DNA of 33,367 nt from Bacteroidota bacterium. GTDB lineage: Bacteria; Bacteroidota; Bacteroidia; NS11-12g; UBA955. How positions within the stretch are numbered: the stretch's first letter is position 1; every line of letters begins with the position of its first letter. A program made the position numbers and the translations under genes. Positions 18,487-27,639 of the stretch are shown in pieces. The DNA lies in the NCBI GenBank assembly GCA_008081305.1, contig VMCP01000023.1, positions 1-33,367 on the forward strand. Direction: 5' to 3'. The notes under the pieces were generated by a model. The model made no database searches. It had not been told where the DNA came from and saw only the letters and a program-made list of their open reading frames with translations.

Positions 18487-19482
18487 TTAGGAATTGGCTT
18501 CGATCGCTCTAAAGAGGGTATCCTTTAACTCAACTAAACCTTGTTGAGCTACTGAGCTAAAGAAATGCACGTGTACATCTTTCATTTCTTTTTTCACCTC
18601 TGCCTTTAGCTCATCATCTAACATCTCAGACTTACTGATAGCCACAATCTTATCCTTCATATACAACTCCTTATTGAACTCTTTTAGTTCCGTCATCAGC
18701 GTTTGGTATTCATGATAATGATCTTCACTATCCGCAGGAATGAGAACGAGCAAAACAGCATTTCGCTCAATATGCTTTAAAAATCGATGCCCTAGGCCTT
18801 TCCCTTTATGGGCTCCCTCAATGATTCCCGGTATATCTGCAACCACAAAACTTCTAAAGTCTCTGTATTTCACCACTCCCAAGTTGGGCGTCAGCGTAGT
18901 AAAAGGATAATCAGCAATTTCTGGCTTCGCAGCAGTAATGACACTGAGTAGAGTACTTTTACCTGCATTAGGAAAACCAACCAAGCCAACATCCGCAAGG
19001 ACTTTTAACTCCAGGATCATCCATTTCTCGATTCCATCTTCCCCTGGTTGTGCGTACTGAGGAGTTTGGTTTGTTGATGTCGCAAAATGCGCGTTACCCA
19101 AGCCACCTCTACCACCTGGCAATAAAACTTTCTGTTCCCCATCCTCGGTAATTTCAAAAAGAACTTCACCCGTTTCAAAATCTTTTGCGACCGTACCTAG
19201 TGGCACCTCTAAAACGATGGTTTCACCACTTTTTCCTTGACTATGACTTTCACCACCTGGGTTACCATGCCCCGCTTTAATGTGTTTCCGGTATTTCAAA
19301 TGGAGCAATGTCCACAATTGATGATTACCTACCAAAACGATGTCTCCACCCTTTCCTCCATCACCACCATCAGGACCTCCCTTAGGACTAATCTTCGAAC
19401 GATGATAGTGCCGACTACCGGCACCACCGTTTCCACTTTGACAGTGAATTTTGACGTAATCAATAAAATTACTTTCGGGCAT
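18487..19482 (-). CDS. obg: GTPase Obg/CgtA
   Basis: Gly-rich Obg fold ([21 protein letters not shown]), G1 [10 protein letters not shown]3 [12 protein letters not shown] 19482 is chosen ([12 protein letters not shown]...); the track's 19491 is a TTG. Confidence 0.93.
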   Translation of the reverse strand: MPESNFIDYVKIHCQSGNGGAGSRHYHRSKISPKGGPDGGDGGKGGDIVLVGNHQLWTLLHLKYRKHIKAGHGNPGGESHSQGKSGETIVLEVPLGTVAKDFETGEVLFEITEDGEQKVLLPGGRGGLGNAHFATSTNQTPQYAQPGEDGIEKWMILELKVLADVGLVGFPNAGKSTLLSVITAAKPEIADYPFTTLTPNLGVVKYRDFRSFVVADIPGIIEGAHKGKGLGHRFLKHIERNAVLLVLIPADSEDHYHEYQTLMTELKEFNKELYMKDKIVAISKSEMLDDELKAEVKKEMKDVHVHFFSSVAQQGLVELKDTLFRAIEANS

Positions 19483-19517
19483 GAGCCACAAAGGTCGGTA
19501 AAAAGAAGCGGGGTTTG

Positions 19518-19525
19518 TATTTTTG
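19518..19525 (+). promoter_or_regulatory. -7 box TATTTTTG, 7 nt upstream of the leuS ATG
   Basis: Exact TAnnTTTG match in the 50-bp obg/leuS divergent gap. Confidence 0.4.
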
Positions 19526-19532
19526 CCGCTAA

Positions 19533-22109
19533 ATGTCTGATTCCAAATCGTATCGTTTTCAAGAAATTGAAGCTAAATGGCAAAAGCGTTGGGTTGAAAA
19601 CCAACTGTATCGTGTAGATATCCAAGAAGACAAACCGAAGTATTATACCTTAGATATGTTTCCTTATCCATCTGGTTCAGGACTTCATGTTGGGCATCCC
19701 TTGGGTTACATTGCAAGTGATATTGTTTCAAGATATAAACGATTAAATGGATTCAATGTGCTGCATCCTATGGGATACGATGCCTTTGGTTTACCTGCAG
19801 AGCAATATGCTATTCAAACAGGTCAGCACCCCGCGGTAACCACCGAGGCAAACATCAAAAGATTCCGTGAGCAATTAGATAAAATGGGATTCTCTTATGA
19901 TTGGAATCGACAAGTAAAAACATGTGATCCGAATTATTACCAATGGACCCAATGGATATTTTCATTGTTTTTTACGCATTGGTATAACAAGAATAAAGCC
20001 TGTGCTGAACCAATTGAAAACCTAATCGCCTTTTTTGAGTCAGAAGGAAATCAGAACATTAATGCACACAGCCCTTACTCAGAAAGGTTTACATCGAATG
20101 ATTGGAATGCTTACGGTGCTGAAAAGCAAATGGAAATCCTAAATCACTACCGGTTAGCATTTATCGATGAAACCACCGTAAACTGGTGTGCAGAGCTAGG
20201 AACTGTACTCGCAAATGAGGAAGTAGTAAATGGGGTAAGTGAACGTGGTGGTTACCCAGTGATACGTAAAAAGATGAAGCAATGGAGTTTACGCATAACC
20301 GCTTATGCCGACCGTCTTTTATCAGGGCTAGATACGATTGATTGGAGTGATTCTATCAAAGAAATCCAACGAAACTGGATTGGTAGAAGTGAAGGTGCAG
20401 AAATCGATTTTAATGTGAGTCAAACGGGTCACGCTCTTCGGGTTTTCACCACGCGTCCAGATACATTATTCGGTGCAACGTATATGGTTATAGCTCCCGA
20501 ACACGAGTTATTACAAGATATTTGTTCTGAGGAACAGCGGGGTTCTGTGATTGCCTATGCGGAAAAAGCAAAAAATCGCTCCGAAATAGATCGTATGGCC
20601 GATACCTCTAAAACAGGAGTTTTCACCGGTGCATACGCTATAAACCCATTCACCAATCTAGAAATACCCGTTTGGACGAGTGACTATGTACTCGCAAGCT
20701 ATGGGACGGGTGCAATCATGGCGGTACCGGCACATGATGAGCGTGATTTTGAATTTGCAAAGACCTTTGACCTACCCATTACGGCGGTAATCAAACCAGA
20801 AAATGAAGAAATCACTCTTCCATTAACCGAAGCACTCAGTAGTAAAGAAGGCGTTTGTTTTGAATCAGGCTTTCTAAATGGACTTAATGTTAAAGATGCT
20901 ATTGTAAAGGCCATTCAAGAAATAGAGAATCGAGGAATAGGTACCAAAAAGATAAACTACAAGTTGCGCGAGGCAGGATTTGGCCGACAGCGTTACTGGG
21001 GTGAACCCTTTCCAATCACTTATAAAAACGATCAACCCGAGCTAGTAAAACAACTACCCGTCGAACTTCCGGAAGTCGAAAGTTACAAGCCAACAGGTAC
21101 TGGTGAGAGCCCTCTTGCTGCCGTTTCAGAGTGGGTTAATTCAGCTGAAGGTATGCGCGAAACCGATACCATGCCTGGTTGGGCTGGAAGTAGCTGGTAT
21201 TTCTTACGATATACCGATCCAAATAATTTAGAGGCCTTTGCTTCTAAAGAAGCTCTTTCATATTGGAAAAACGTTGATCTGTATGTTGGTGGGAGCGAGC
21301 ACGCCACAGGGCACCTTTTATACAGTAGATTCTGGACAAAGTTCCTTTACGATTTAGGATATCTAAGTTGGGATGAGCCTTTCCAAAAATTGGTAAACCA
21401 AGGCATGATCATGGGTGAAGATGGTCAAAAAATGAGTAAAAGATGGGGAAATGTGGTTAACCCGGATGATGTTTGCGAACAATACGGCGCAGATACCCTA
21501 CGTCTATATGAGATGTTCTTAGGACCCTTAGAAGATAGCAAACCATGGAATACCAATGGTATTGAAGGTGTATCAAGGTTCCTTGGTAAATTTTGGCGTC
21601 TATTCTACAATAATGAAGCCTTCTCGGTAACCGATGAAAAAGCGACTGAAGAGGAACTGAAAATCCTTCATAAAACCATCAAAAAAATAACCGAGGATAT
21701 CCCTAAAATGAGTTTCAACACTTCGGTTTCAGCATTTATGATGTGCGTGAATGACCTAACCAGTTTAAAATGTCACAAAAGGGAAGTACTCGAACCTTTA
21801 TTGATATTACTTGCTCCATTTGCCCCTCATATCACCGAAGAACTATGGGAGCAATTAGGACGTACTGAAAGCATTCACACCGCTACATGGCCCGATTATA
21901 ACGAAGATTATATTAAGGAGAATGCTTTCACTTATCCCGTAAGTATTAACGGTAAAATGCGCACACAATTAACGCTTCCAGTAAACATGAATAAAGAAGA
22001 CGTAGAAAAAGAAGTATTGGCAAATGAAGTGGTACTTAAATGGACCGAAGGTAAGGCACCGAAAAAAGTAATAGTGGTTCCTAACCGAATTGTGAATGTT
22101 GTAATTTAA
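19533..22109 (+). CDS. leuS: Leucyl-tRNA synthetase
   Basis: HIGH motif [13 protein letters not shown] motif KMSKRWGN, a CP1 editing-domain block ([19 protein letters not shown]), and a bacterial LeuS C-terminal domain. Confidence 0.95.
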   Translation: MSDSKSYRFQEIEAKWQKRWVENQLYRVDIQEDKPKYYTLDMFPYPSGSGLHVGHPLGYIASDIVSRYKRLNGFNVLHPMGYDAFGLPAEQYAIQTGQHPAVTTEANIKRFREQLDKMGFSYDWNRQVKTCDPNYYQWTQWIFSLFFTHWYNKNKACAEPIENLIAFFESEGNQNINAHSPYSERFTSNDWNAYGAEKQMEILNHYRLAFIDETTVNWCAELGTVLANEEVVNGVSERGGYPVIRKKMKQWSLRITAYADRLLSGLDTIDWSDSIKEIQRNWIGRSEGAEIDFNVSQTGHALRVFTTRPDTLFGATYMVIAPEHELLQDICSEEQRGSVIAYAEKAKNRSEIDRMADTSKTGVFTGAYAINPFTNLEIPVWTSDYVLASYGTGAIMAVPAHDERDFEFAKTFDLPITAVIKPENEEITLPLTEALSSKEGVCFESGFLNGLNVKDAIVKAIQEIENRGIGTKKINYKLREAGFGRQRYWGEPFPITYKNDQPELVKQLPVELPEVESYKPTGTGESPLAAVSEWVNSAEGMRETDTMPGWAGSSWYFLRYTDPNNLEAFASKEALSYWKNVDLYVGGSEHATGHLLYSRFWTKFLYDLGYLSWDEPFQKLVNQGMIMGEDGQKMSKRWGNVVNPDDVCEQYGADTLRLYEMFLGPLEDSKPWNTNGIEGVSRFLGKFWRLFYNNEAFSVTDEKATEEELKILHKTIKKITEDIPKMSFNTSVSAFMMCVNDLTSLKCHKREVLEPLLILLAPFAPHITEELWEQLGRTESIHTATWPDYNEDYIKENAFTYPVSINGKMRTQLTLPVNMNKEDVEKEVLANEVVLKWTEGKAPKKVIVVPNRIVNVVI

Positions 22110-22324
22110 ACTTCAACAGATACTATTTTCACCTCTTGGTCTTCACAGTTGACCAACATACCTGTGCGAATTTTTTTTCGGCGTTGGGTTTCTACATCCC
22201 CATCAACTGAAACGTATCCTGAGTCAATTAGCTCGTGCGCATGCCCACCGGTTTCTGCCCAACCTAAAGCCTTAAGGAGCTGATTTAAGGGAATGAACTC
22301 GGTTTTGAGTTCGAATGTTTGCAT
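22106..22324 (-). CDS. S4-domain RNA-binding protein (YbcJ/YaaA-like)
   Basis: [55 protein letters not shown] aligns by eye with E. coli YbcJ (...LCDLLKLEGWSESGAQAKIAIAEGQVKVDGAVETRKRCKI..). ATG 22324 is chosen; the track's longer start would overlap iscA. Confidence 0.7.
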   Translation of the reverse strand: MQTFELKTEFIPLNQLLKALGWAETGGHAHELIDSGYVSVDGDVETQRRKKIRTGMLVNCEDQEVKIVSVEV

Positions 22325-22331
22325 GGTGATT

Positions 22332-22679
22332 TTAAACTGCGAAACTTTCACCACAGCCACAGGTGCGGGCTGCATTCGGATTTACGAAATTGAATCCTTT
22401 TCCATTTAAGCCGTCCGAAAAGTCTAATTCCGTACCACATAAATAAAGGAAGCTTTTCATATCACAAACGATTTTTAAAGAATCATCGCCAAACTCCATA
22501 TCTCCATTTTGTGACTCATCATCAAAATCGAGCTCATAAGAAAGACCCGAACAGCCACCACCCTTAACACCCACACGAACAAAATAATGGTTAGGTGATA
22601 TTTCAGCCTCACTCATGAGGTCGTACACCTTTTGACGTGCTTTATCGGTGATGGTTATGGCGTTCGGATCCTGTATCAT
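22332..22679 (-). CDS. iscA: A-type Fe-S cluster carrier (IscA/ErpA/HesB family)
   Basis: GGGCSG mid-protein and the C-terminal CGCGESF motif. Confidence 0.9.
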   Translation of the reverse strand: MIQDPNAITITDKARQKVYDLMSEAEISPNHYFVRVGVKGGGCSGLSYELDFDDESQNGDMEFGDDSLKIVCDMKSFLYLCGTELDFSDGLNGKGFNFVNPNAARTCGCGESFAV

Positions 22680-22685
22680 ATTGAA

Positions 22686-23099
22686 TTAATGAATAGATTT
22701 CTCTGCTTCTAAAGGCTCAAGTCCTTTCTTCACACGATAATCATTGATGGCAGCCTTGATTGCGTCCTCAGCTAAGACCGAACAATGTATTTTAACTGGA
22801 GGTAGAGCCAATTCTTCAACAATCTCCATGTTGTCAATTTCAAGTGCTTCATCTACAGACTTACCCTTAAGCCATTCTGTAGCCAATGAAGAAGAAGCAA
22901 TGGCTGACCCACAACCAAAGGTTTTAAACTTAGCATCTTCAATTACACCTTCGTCACTCACTTGAATTTGTAAACGCATTACGTCTCCACACTCGGGAGC
23001 ACCGACTAATCCTGTACCCACGCTTTCACTACTTTTATCTAATGTTCCGATGTTACGCGGATTGGTGTAATGATCAATTACTTTATCTGAATATGCCAT
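22686..23099 (-). CDS. iscU: Fe-S cluster assembly scaffold
   Basis: YSDKVIDHYTNPRN, GAPECGDVM, FGCGSAIASSS and HCSVLAEDAIKAA, i.e. the three ligand Cys in canonical IscU context. Confidence 0.93.
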   Translation of the reverse strand: MAYSDKVIDHYTNPRNIGTLDKSSESVGTGLVGAPECGDVMRLQIQVSDEGVIEDAKFKTFGCGSAIASSSLATEWLKGKSVDEALEIDNMEIVEELALPPVKIHCSVLAEDAIKAAINDYRVKKGLEPLEAEKSIH

Positions 23100-23153
23100 A
23101 ATTATGGTAAAATTATTTAAACTCTTTCTAAATTACAAAATTTATCGATGGGA

Positions 23154-24365
23154 TTAATGCTCGGTCCACTCAATAGATTTGAGATCAATTCCTTCTTTGA
23201 ACATCTCCCATAATGGGCTCATATCTCTAAGTTTATTCACTGCGTCGGTAACACACTTAATGGTGAAATCAATTTCTTCATCTGTGGTGAATCGACCCAA
23301 TCCGAAACGAATACTGCTATGAGCTAGTTCGTCATCTAAACCAAGATTCTTTAAAACATAACTGGGCTCCAATGAAGCAGAAGTACAAGCTGAACCTGAA
23401 GAGACTGCCACATCTTTGATACCCATCATGAGGCCTTCTCCCTCCACATATTTAAATGAAATATTAGTGGTGTGAGGCAAACGGTGTTCTTTTGTACCAT
23501 TAACGTATGCTTCTTCCAATTGCAAGAGGGCGTTTTCTAATTTATCACGCATTTTGCTCAACCTCGCGGCATCCGTATCCATTTCAGCCATTGCAATTTC
23601 ACATGCTTTCCCGAATCCAACTATACCGGGTACATTTAATGTTCCGCTTCTCATTCCGCGCTCGTGACCACCGCCATCGATTTGTGCAGTAACTTTGACT
23701 CTTGGATTTTTACGACGAACGTATAATGCACCAACGCCCTTCGGTCCGTACATTTTATGAGCCGTAAAACTCAATAAATCGATGTTATCATCGATAACAC
23801 TCACCGGTATTTTACCTACGGCCTGAGTAGCATCCGTATGAAATAAAATCCCCTTCTCTTTACAAAGCGCTCCAATCTCACGTATAGGTTGAATTACCCC
23901 TAGTTCATTATTAGCGTACATCACAGAAACCAAAACAGTATTTGGTTTAATCGCCTCTTGAATTTGTTCAATAGTTATCAAACCATTCTCTGCTACTGGC
24001 AAATAGGTTACTTCTGCCCCTAATTTTTCTAAATGTTTACACGCATCTAATATCGCTTTATGTTCAGTTGAAACCGTGATGAAATGATTTCCTTTGGCTG
24101 CATACATTTCATAAACACCTTTCAAAGCAAGGTTATTACTCTCGGTAGCGCCACTTGTGAAAATGATTTCTTTTGAATTTGCTCCGATGATCTTAGCGAT
24201 CTGTTCGCGGGCATAATCTACTCCCTCTTCCGTCTTCCAGCCATAAGCGTGGCTTCTACTTGCAGCGTTTCCATAATCCTTCAAAAAATATGGCGTCATC
24301 GCTTCGAAAACTCTTGGATCACACTTAGTGGTAGAGTTGTTATCGAGATATATTGGTAATTGCAT
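23154..24365 (-). CDS. iscS: Cysteine desulfurase, group I
   Basis: YLDNNSTT, the PLP-lysine region [11 protein letters not shown], the active-site loop SSGSACTS, and the IscS-type C-terminus ..WTEH. Confidence 0.93.
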   Translation of the reverse strand: MQLPIYLDNNSTTKCDPRVFEAMTPYFLKDYGNAASRSHAYGWKTEEGVDYAREQIAKIIGANSKEIIFTSGATESNNLALKGVYEMYAAKGNHFITVSTEHKAILDACKHLEKLGAEVTYLPVAENGLITIEQIQEAIKPNTVLVSVMYANNELGVIQPIREIGALCKEKGILFHTDATQAVGKIPVSVIDDNIDLLSFTAHKMYGPKGVGALYVRRKNPRVKVTAQIDGGGHERGMRSGTLNVPGIVGFGKACEIAMAEMDTDAARLSKMRDKLENALLQLEEAYVNGTKEHRLPHTTNISFKYVEGEGLMMGIKDVAVSSGSACTSASLEPSYVLKNLGLDDELAHSSIRFGLGRFTTDEEIDFTIKCVTDAVNKLRDMSPLWEMFKEGIDLKSIEWTEH

Positions 24366-24401
24366 ATTGTCGTATTGTACTATTTAGACATTTTCTAAAC
24401 A

Positions 24402-24409
24402 ACAAAATT
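24402..24409 (-). promoter_or_regulatory. -7 box TAATTTTG (minus strand), ~36 nt upstream of the iscS ATG
   Basis: The plus strand reads CAAAATTA, in the 114-bp divergent gap. Confidence 0.4.
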
Positions 24410-24479
24410 AACAATACTAAGCCACAATAGATTGCGATTGACCTTAATTTGTAGTTGAAACTTTGTTTTTTGAAGAATT

Positions 24480-24887
24480 ATGCCAAAAAAATTAGAACAT
24501 ATTGGAATTGCGGTGAAAGATTTGGGAAAGTCTGAAGTGCTTTTTGAAAAGCTCTTAAACACTTCTTCCTATAAGCGCGAAGAGGTTGCATCTGAGGGAG
24601 TCATCACATCTTTCTTTCGAATTGGAGAGATAAAAATAGAATTATTGGCTGCTACCAACCCAGACAGTCCAATCGCAAAATTCATAGACAAAAAGGGAGA
24701 AGGCATACACCATCTTGCCTTTGAGTCAGATTCAATCAATGATGAGCTTGAACATCTAAATAATGAGGGCATCGAGCTAATTCATCAACAACCTAAAGAT
24801 GGTGCTGATAACAAGGAAATCGCCTTTTTACATCCGAAAAGCACTGGGGGTGTTCTTTGGGAACTTTGCCAAGAAAAGAAAGCTTAA
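24480..24887 (+). CDS. mce: Methylmalonyl-CoA epimerase (VOC/glyoxalase fold)
   Basis: LEHIGIAVKDL..., GEGIHHLAF, and FLHPKSTGGVLWEL, typical of the ~135-aa bacterial epimerases. Confidence 0.82.
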   Translation: MPKKLEHIGIAVKDLGKSEVLFEKLLNTSSYKREEVASEGVITSFFRIGEIKIELLAATNPDSPIAKFIDKKGEGIHHLAFESDSINDELEHLNNEGIELIHQQPKDGADNKEIAFLHPKSTGGVLWELCQEKKA

Positions 24888-24888
24888 A

Positions 24889-25653
24889 TCACAAGAAAAA
24901 GTCGAAGCTATCCCCGCGAAGTCCCAAACGAAGGGTTTCTAGGGGCAATACCTCATGTGGGGCAATATTTCCAAGATTCACATTGCTACCGTATAAACTC
25001 AAGAACCACACCTGTTGGGATTTTTGTGGAGCTTCCCAAATAACCTTTTCAATTGGAATTTTACGAATAATCTCAGCTACCAACCCCGAACGCACCTCTC
25101 CTGAATTTCTAAAAATACCTACTGTACCGGATTCTCTAGCCTCCCCAATAACTTTCCAAGCCCCTGCTTCCAACTCGCGTTCCATTTGCTCAATCCACTC
25201 ATAAGGCGGAATGATTTTTTCAGCATCCTTAGAGCCTACTTCACTGAGAACGTGATAATCTTTAGACAATTCCTGTATGTATTGACATTTATCCAAATGC
25301 GGCAGTTCCAAAGATCCATCAGAAACCTCCACATGCGTTATCTTGGTTTTCTCGAGTAATCGTCGATAATCATCAAATTGATCACGAACGATGTAAGCCT
25401 CAAATAACGTACCTCCAAAGTATACGGGAATATTTGCCTCGCGATATAATCGAAGCTTTTCATCCAACTTTTTGGTAACAAAACTGGTTCCGAAACCTAA
25501 TTTCACGATATCGACAAAATCGGAAGAATTATCCAAGAAATCGCTTGTTTCCCTAAGAGACAAGCCCTTATCCATCACCATGGTCAATCCAGTGTTCCTC
25601 GGTTTTTGGCTGCGATCCGGAAGATTTTTTAAAGCAAAGAGTTCGTTATTCAT
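24889..25653 (-). CDS. Phosphosulfolactate synthase (ComA family) homologue
   Basis: The N-terminus ...PDRSQKPRNTGLTMVMDKGL, KLGFGTS, YFGGTLFE and HVEVSDGS match my recollection of the (2R)-phospho-3-sulfolactate synthase TIM-barrel family at ~250 aa. Confidence 0.75.
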   Translation of the reverse strand: MNNELFALKNLPDRSQKPRNTGLTMVMDKGLSLRETSDFLDNSSDFVDIVKLGFGTSFVTKKLDEKLRLYREANIPVYFGGTLFEAYIVRDQFDDYRRLLEKTKITHVEVSDGSLELPHLDKCQYIQELSKDYHVLSEVGSKDAEKIIPPYEWIEQMERELEAGAWKVIGEARESGTVGIFRNSGEVRSGLVAEIIRKIPIEKVIWEAPQKSQQVWFLSLYGSNVNLGNIAPHEVLPLETLRLGLRGDSFDFFL

Positions 25654-27118
25654 TCGTGTTTTTACCCTGTGTAAATTTGCTGATAAGCGTAATAATCTTC
25701 ACAGAGTTCTTTAATTCGGGGGCAAAAGTAAAAATTCCTTGGTACTCAGACGAATCTATTTCTAATGCCTTTTCTAAAATCATCAACCCCATATCCTTGC
25801 TACCAGTTAAATAAAATAATGTCGCTAATCGATATAGCAGTTGAATACTATGCGGGTTGTTTTCTAAACCCTTCTCTGTAATTTGAAGAGCTTCAGGCGA
25901 GTCTCCTGTTTCGTGTAAGGCAATTCCCCAATCCAACCATACTTCAGATTCAAATGGAAACTGCTCAGATAATTCAGTATATAGCTCTGTCCATTTTTCA
26001 GTCATGTGACAACCAAAATATGCACTAGCCAAAACCACTCCATAGTCTACTTCTAAAGAATCAATCTGATATGCCTTTTCTAAATAGGGAAGAGCTAATT
26101 GATGTTGACCATTATGATGATAAGTTAACCCTAAGCTATACCAACTTTCTCCGTCTGTAGGGTGCAATCGAATGATTTGCTTGTATTCTTCACGAGAGGA
26201 CTCGGATTCTCCCAACTCATGCAAACTCCATGCATATAGTCCTTGAGCTGATTCCAGTGACTTTTTCGGGAATCTTTGTTTTAAAGCGATGTACTCGTCT
26301 TTAACCCGTTGAAAATCTGATAACTCATATAGCGATTCGATCATTCCTAACCAAGCGTCAGCGAAGTTTTCGTTTATCGTAACAGCATAATCAAAGGCTT
26401 CTACTGCCTTTTGATATTTTTCTACAGAGTGATTCGCAAGACCTAGGCAATACCATGCATGGGCCATATATGGCTCCGCATCTATCTGGGCCTCGATGGC
26501 TGGAATCAACATTTTAACTAAATGTGGCTCGTCAGAACGATGCAAGTATCTCTCCAAAATGGGTATTACATCCCCTTTACATTGAACGGTTTTTTTAGCG
26601 ATAGGGTCAACGAGTTCAAATTGCTCAAAATGAAGGGTCATTTCCAAGAAATCTTCAAGAAGTGCTTCATCATTTCCAATCATTTCTAGGGTATCCTTTA
26701 GCTTATCAAATGCTAATTTTCGAGCACCTTCATGCGAATGAACAATCGACCTCATCATGGCCAATGACGGCTCTAATGGAATATACTCCTCGGCTTCATC
26801 AAGATACTTGTGCGATTTTCGATATTTCCCGTCACGGAGTAAATGTTCCACCATATGAAGGGTAAAAATGGGTATATAAGGAAAAGACTGTATCCCCATT
26901 TCAATCACCATTTTTGTGTATTTATCCATCAAAAATGGGCTTCGTTCATTGGGCCACTCTGTGGTGTAGTAACGATACAACTGTATCAATTCACGGGCTG
27001 TGAAGTTCTCTCGATTCCGCGATTCAAAATCACTAGCAAGCGCGTCTATCTCGCCCGGAAGTGAATCAAATGAATCATCGAAATCCTCATCATCCCAATC
27101 TGATGGAAAGAAACTCAT
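25646..27118 (-). CDS. TPR-repeat protein with an acidic N-terminal segment
   Basis: N-terminus SDWDDEDFDDSFDSLPGEID, then multiple 34-residue W/Y-x-LG-x-A/Y...A-x-F/Y repeats (AWYCLGLANHSVEKYQKAVEAFDYAV; SWYSLGLTYHHNGQHQLALPYLEKAY and others). No signal peptide. Confidence 0.7.
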   Translation of the reverse strand: MSFFPSDWDDEDFDDSFDSLPGEIDALASDFESRNRENFTARELIQLYRYYTTEWPNERSPFLMDKYTKMVIEMGIQSFPYIPIFTLHMVEHLLRDGKYRKSHKYLDEAEEYIPLEPSLAMMRSIVHSHEGARKLAFDKLKDTLEMIGNDEALLEDFLEMTLHFEQFELVDPIAKKTVQCKGDVIPILERYLHRSDEPHLVKMLIPAIEAQIDAEPYMAHAWYCLGLANHSVEKYQKAVEAFDYAVTINENFADAWLGMIESLYELSDFQRVKDEYIALKQRFPKKSLESAQGLYAWSLHELGESESSREEYKQIIRLHPTDGESWYSLGLTYHHNGQHQLALPYLEKAYQIDSLEVDYGVVLASAYFGCHMTEKWTELYTELSEQFPFESEVWLDWGIALHETGDSPEALQITEKGLENNPHSIQLLYRLATLFYLTGSKDMGLMILEKALEIDSSEYQGIFTFAPELKNSVKIITLISKFTQGKNTNE

Positions 27119-27122
27119 AAAC

Positions 27123-27130
27123 CAAATTTA
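27123..27130 (-). promoter_or_regulatory. -7 box TAAATTTG (minus strand), 4 nt upstream of the TPR gene ATG
   Basis: The plus strand reads CAAATTTA, and the CAT of the start codon is at 27116-27118. Confidence 0.4.
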
Positions 27131-27142
27131 AATAAAGAGTGA

Positions 27143-27168
27143 TAGGCCGCCATATTAGTAGCGCCTAC
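27143..27168 (-). terminator. Possible terminator hairpin after the thioredoxin gene
   Basis: TAGGC(C)GC / GCGCCTA stem (7 bp plus a bulge) with a 10-nt loop. On the minus strand it is followed by CACTCTTTATTT. The stem is modest. Confidence 0.35.
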
Positions 27169-27193
27169 TTTTCCATAAGTTAATAACAACAAC

Positions 27194-27598
27194 TTACTTA
27201 TATTGATTAAGCAGACTTAATATCTGCTCTTCATTTAACGCTCCTTCAGAGCGAAAAACAACTTCTCCTTTCTTGAAAAGCATTACCGTTGGATACGCTC
27301 GGATATTATACCTCCCCGCAATGCTCATCTGAGCTTCCGCATCCACCTGTATGATATTGAATTCTTGATGTTCTTCTTTTACCTTCTTCACATGGGGATC
27401 CATTTGCTTACAGGGTCCGCACCAGGTAGTATAAAAGTCTACCATCGTAAGTTTATCTTGAGCGATGGTTTCCAAAAAATCTTCGGTTGAAACCTCAACG
27501 TCTTTGACTCCATTCATATCGCATTGAACAAACATGAAAGAGGCCATAAATACCAAGATACTTGCCAGGGCTGAGAATTTTTGTGTTGAAGTTTTCAT
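27194..27598 (-). CDS. Thioredoxin with a lipoprotein-type signal peptide (exported)
   Basis: The signal ...ILVFMASFMFVQC has a lipobox-like Cys. WCGPC active site and a thioredoxin fold length after the signal. Confidence 0.85.
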   Translation of the reverse strand: MKTSTQKFSALASILVFMASFMFVQCDMNGVKDVEVSTEDFLETIAQDKLTMVDFYTTWCGPCKQMDPHVKKVKEEHQEFNIIQVDAEAQMSIAGRYNIRAYPTVMLFKKGEVVFRSEGALNEEQILSLLNQYK

Positions 27599-27602
27599 TG
27601 TA

Positions 27603-27635
27603 CAAATTTACTTATTACAAAAATAAATACCTTTG
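27603..27635. promoter_or_regulatory. Back-to-back divergent promoters in a 41-bp gap
   Basis: The minus strand has TAAATTTG (27603-27610, 4 nt from the trx ATG) and TATTTTTG (27618-27625). The plus strand has TACCTTTG (27628-27635), 4 nt before GTG 27640. Confidence 0.45.
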
Positions 27636-27639
27636 TTTC

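Noticed and set aside
19237-19625. Two long overlapping ORFs (126 aa on the plus strand, 98 aa on the minus strand) spanning the obg start and the obg/leuS gap.
   Set aside because: They are frame shadows of the Gly-rich Obg N-terminal domain. They have low-complexity composition, no start-proximal promoter box and no recognisable motifs, and the region is fully explained by obg and leuS.
22325-22375. A longer start for the S4-domain ORF that overlaps iscA by 44 nt.
   Set aside because: YbcJ-type proteins are ~70 aa and begin near MxxF. ATG 22324 reproduces that, and the extension is read out of the iscA C-terminal coding region.
24364-24428. Hexamer TATTGT twice (24364, 24372) and its complement ACAATA twice (24410, 24423), flanking the iscS -7 box. 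This could be an operator for an Fe-S or iron regulator.
   Set aside because: These are short AT-rich hexamers with irregular spacing (8 and 13 nt) in an AT-rich gap, which is plausible by chance. No iscR-like regulator is encoded here. It would only be worth revisiting if conserved upstream of iscS orthologues.
24857-25204. A 115-aa plus-strand ORF running from the end of mce antisense through the ComA-family gene.
   Set aside because: It has a Ser/Pro/Arg-rich, shadow-like composition and overlaps two well-supported genes. I see no independent signal.
27562-27639. A long N-terminal extension of the GT2 gene overlapping the thioredoxin gene start and the divergent promoters.
   Set aside because: The extension (MPGLRIFVLKFSLYKFTYYKNKYLCF) is not GT2-like. 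The conserved GT2 N-terminus (LSVVVPLYNEE) begins right after GTG 27640, which follows a TACCTTTG box.
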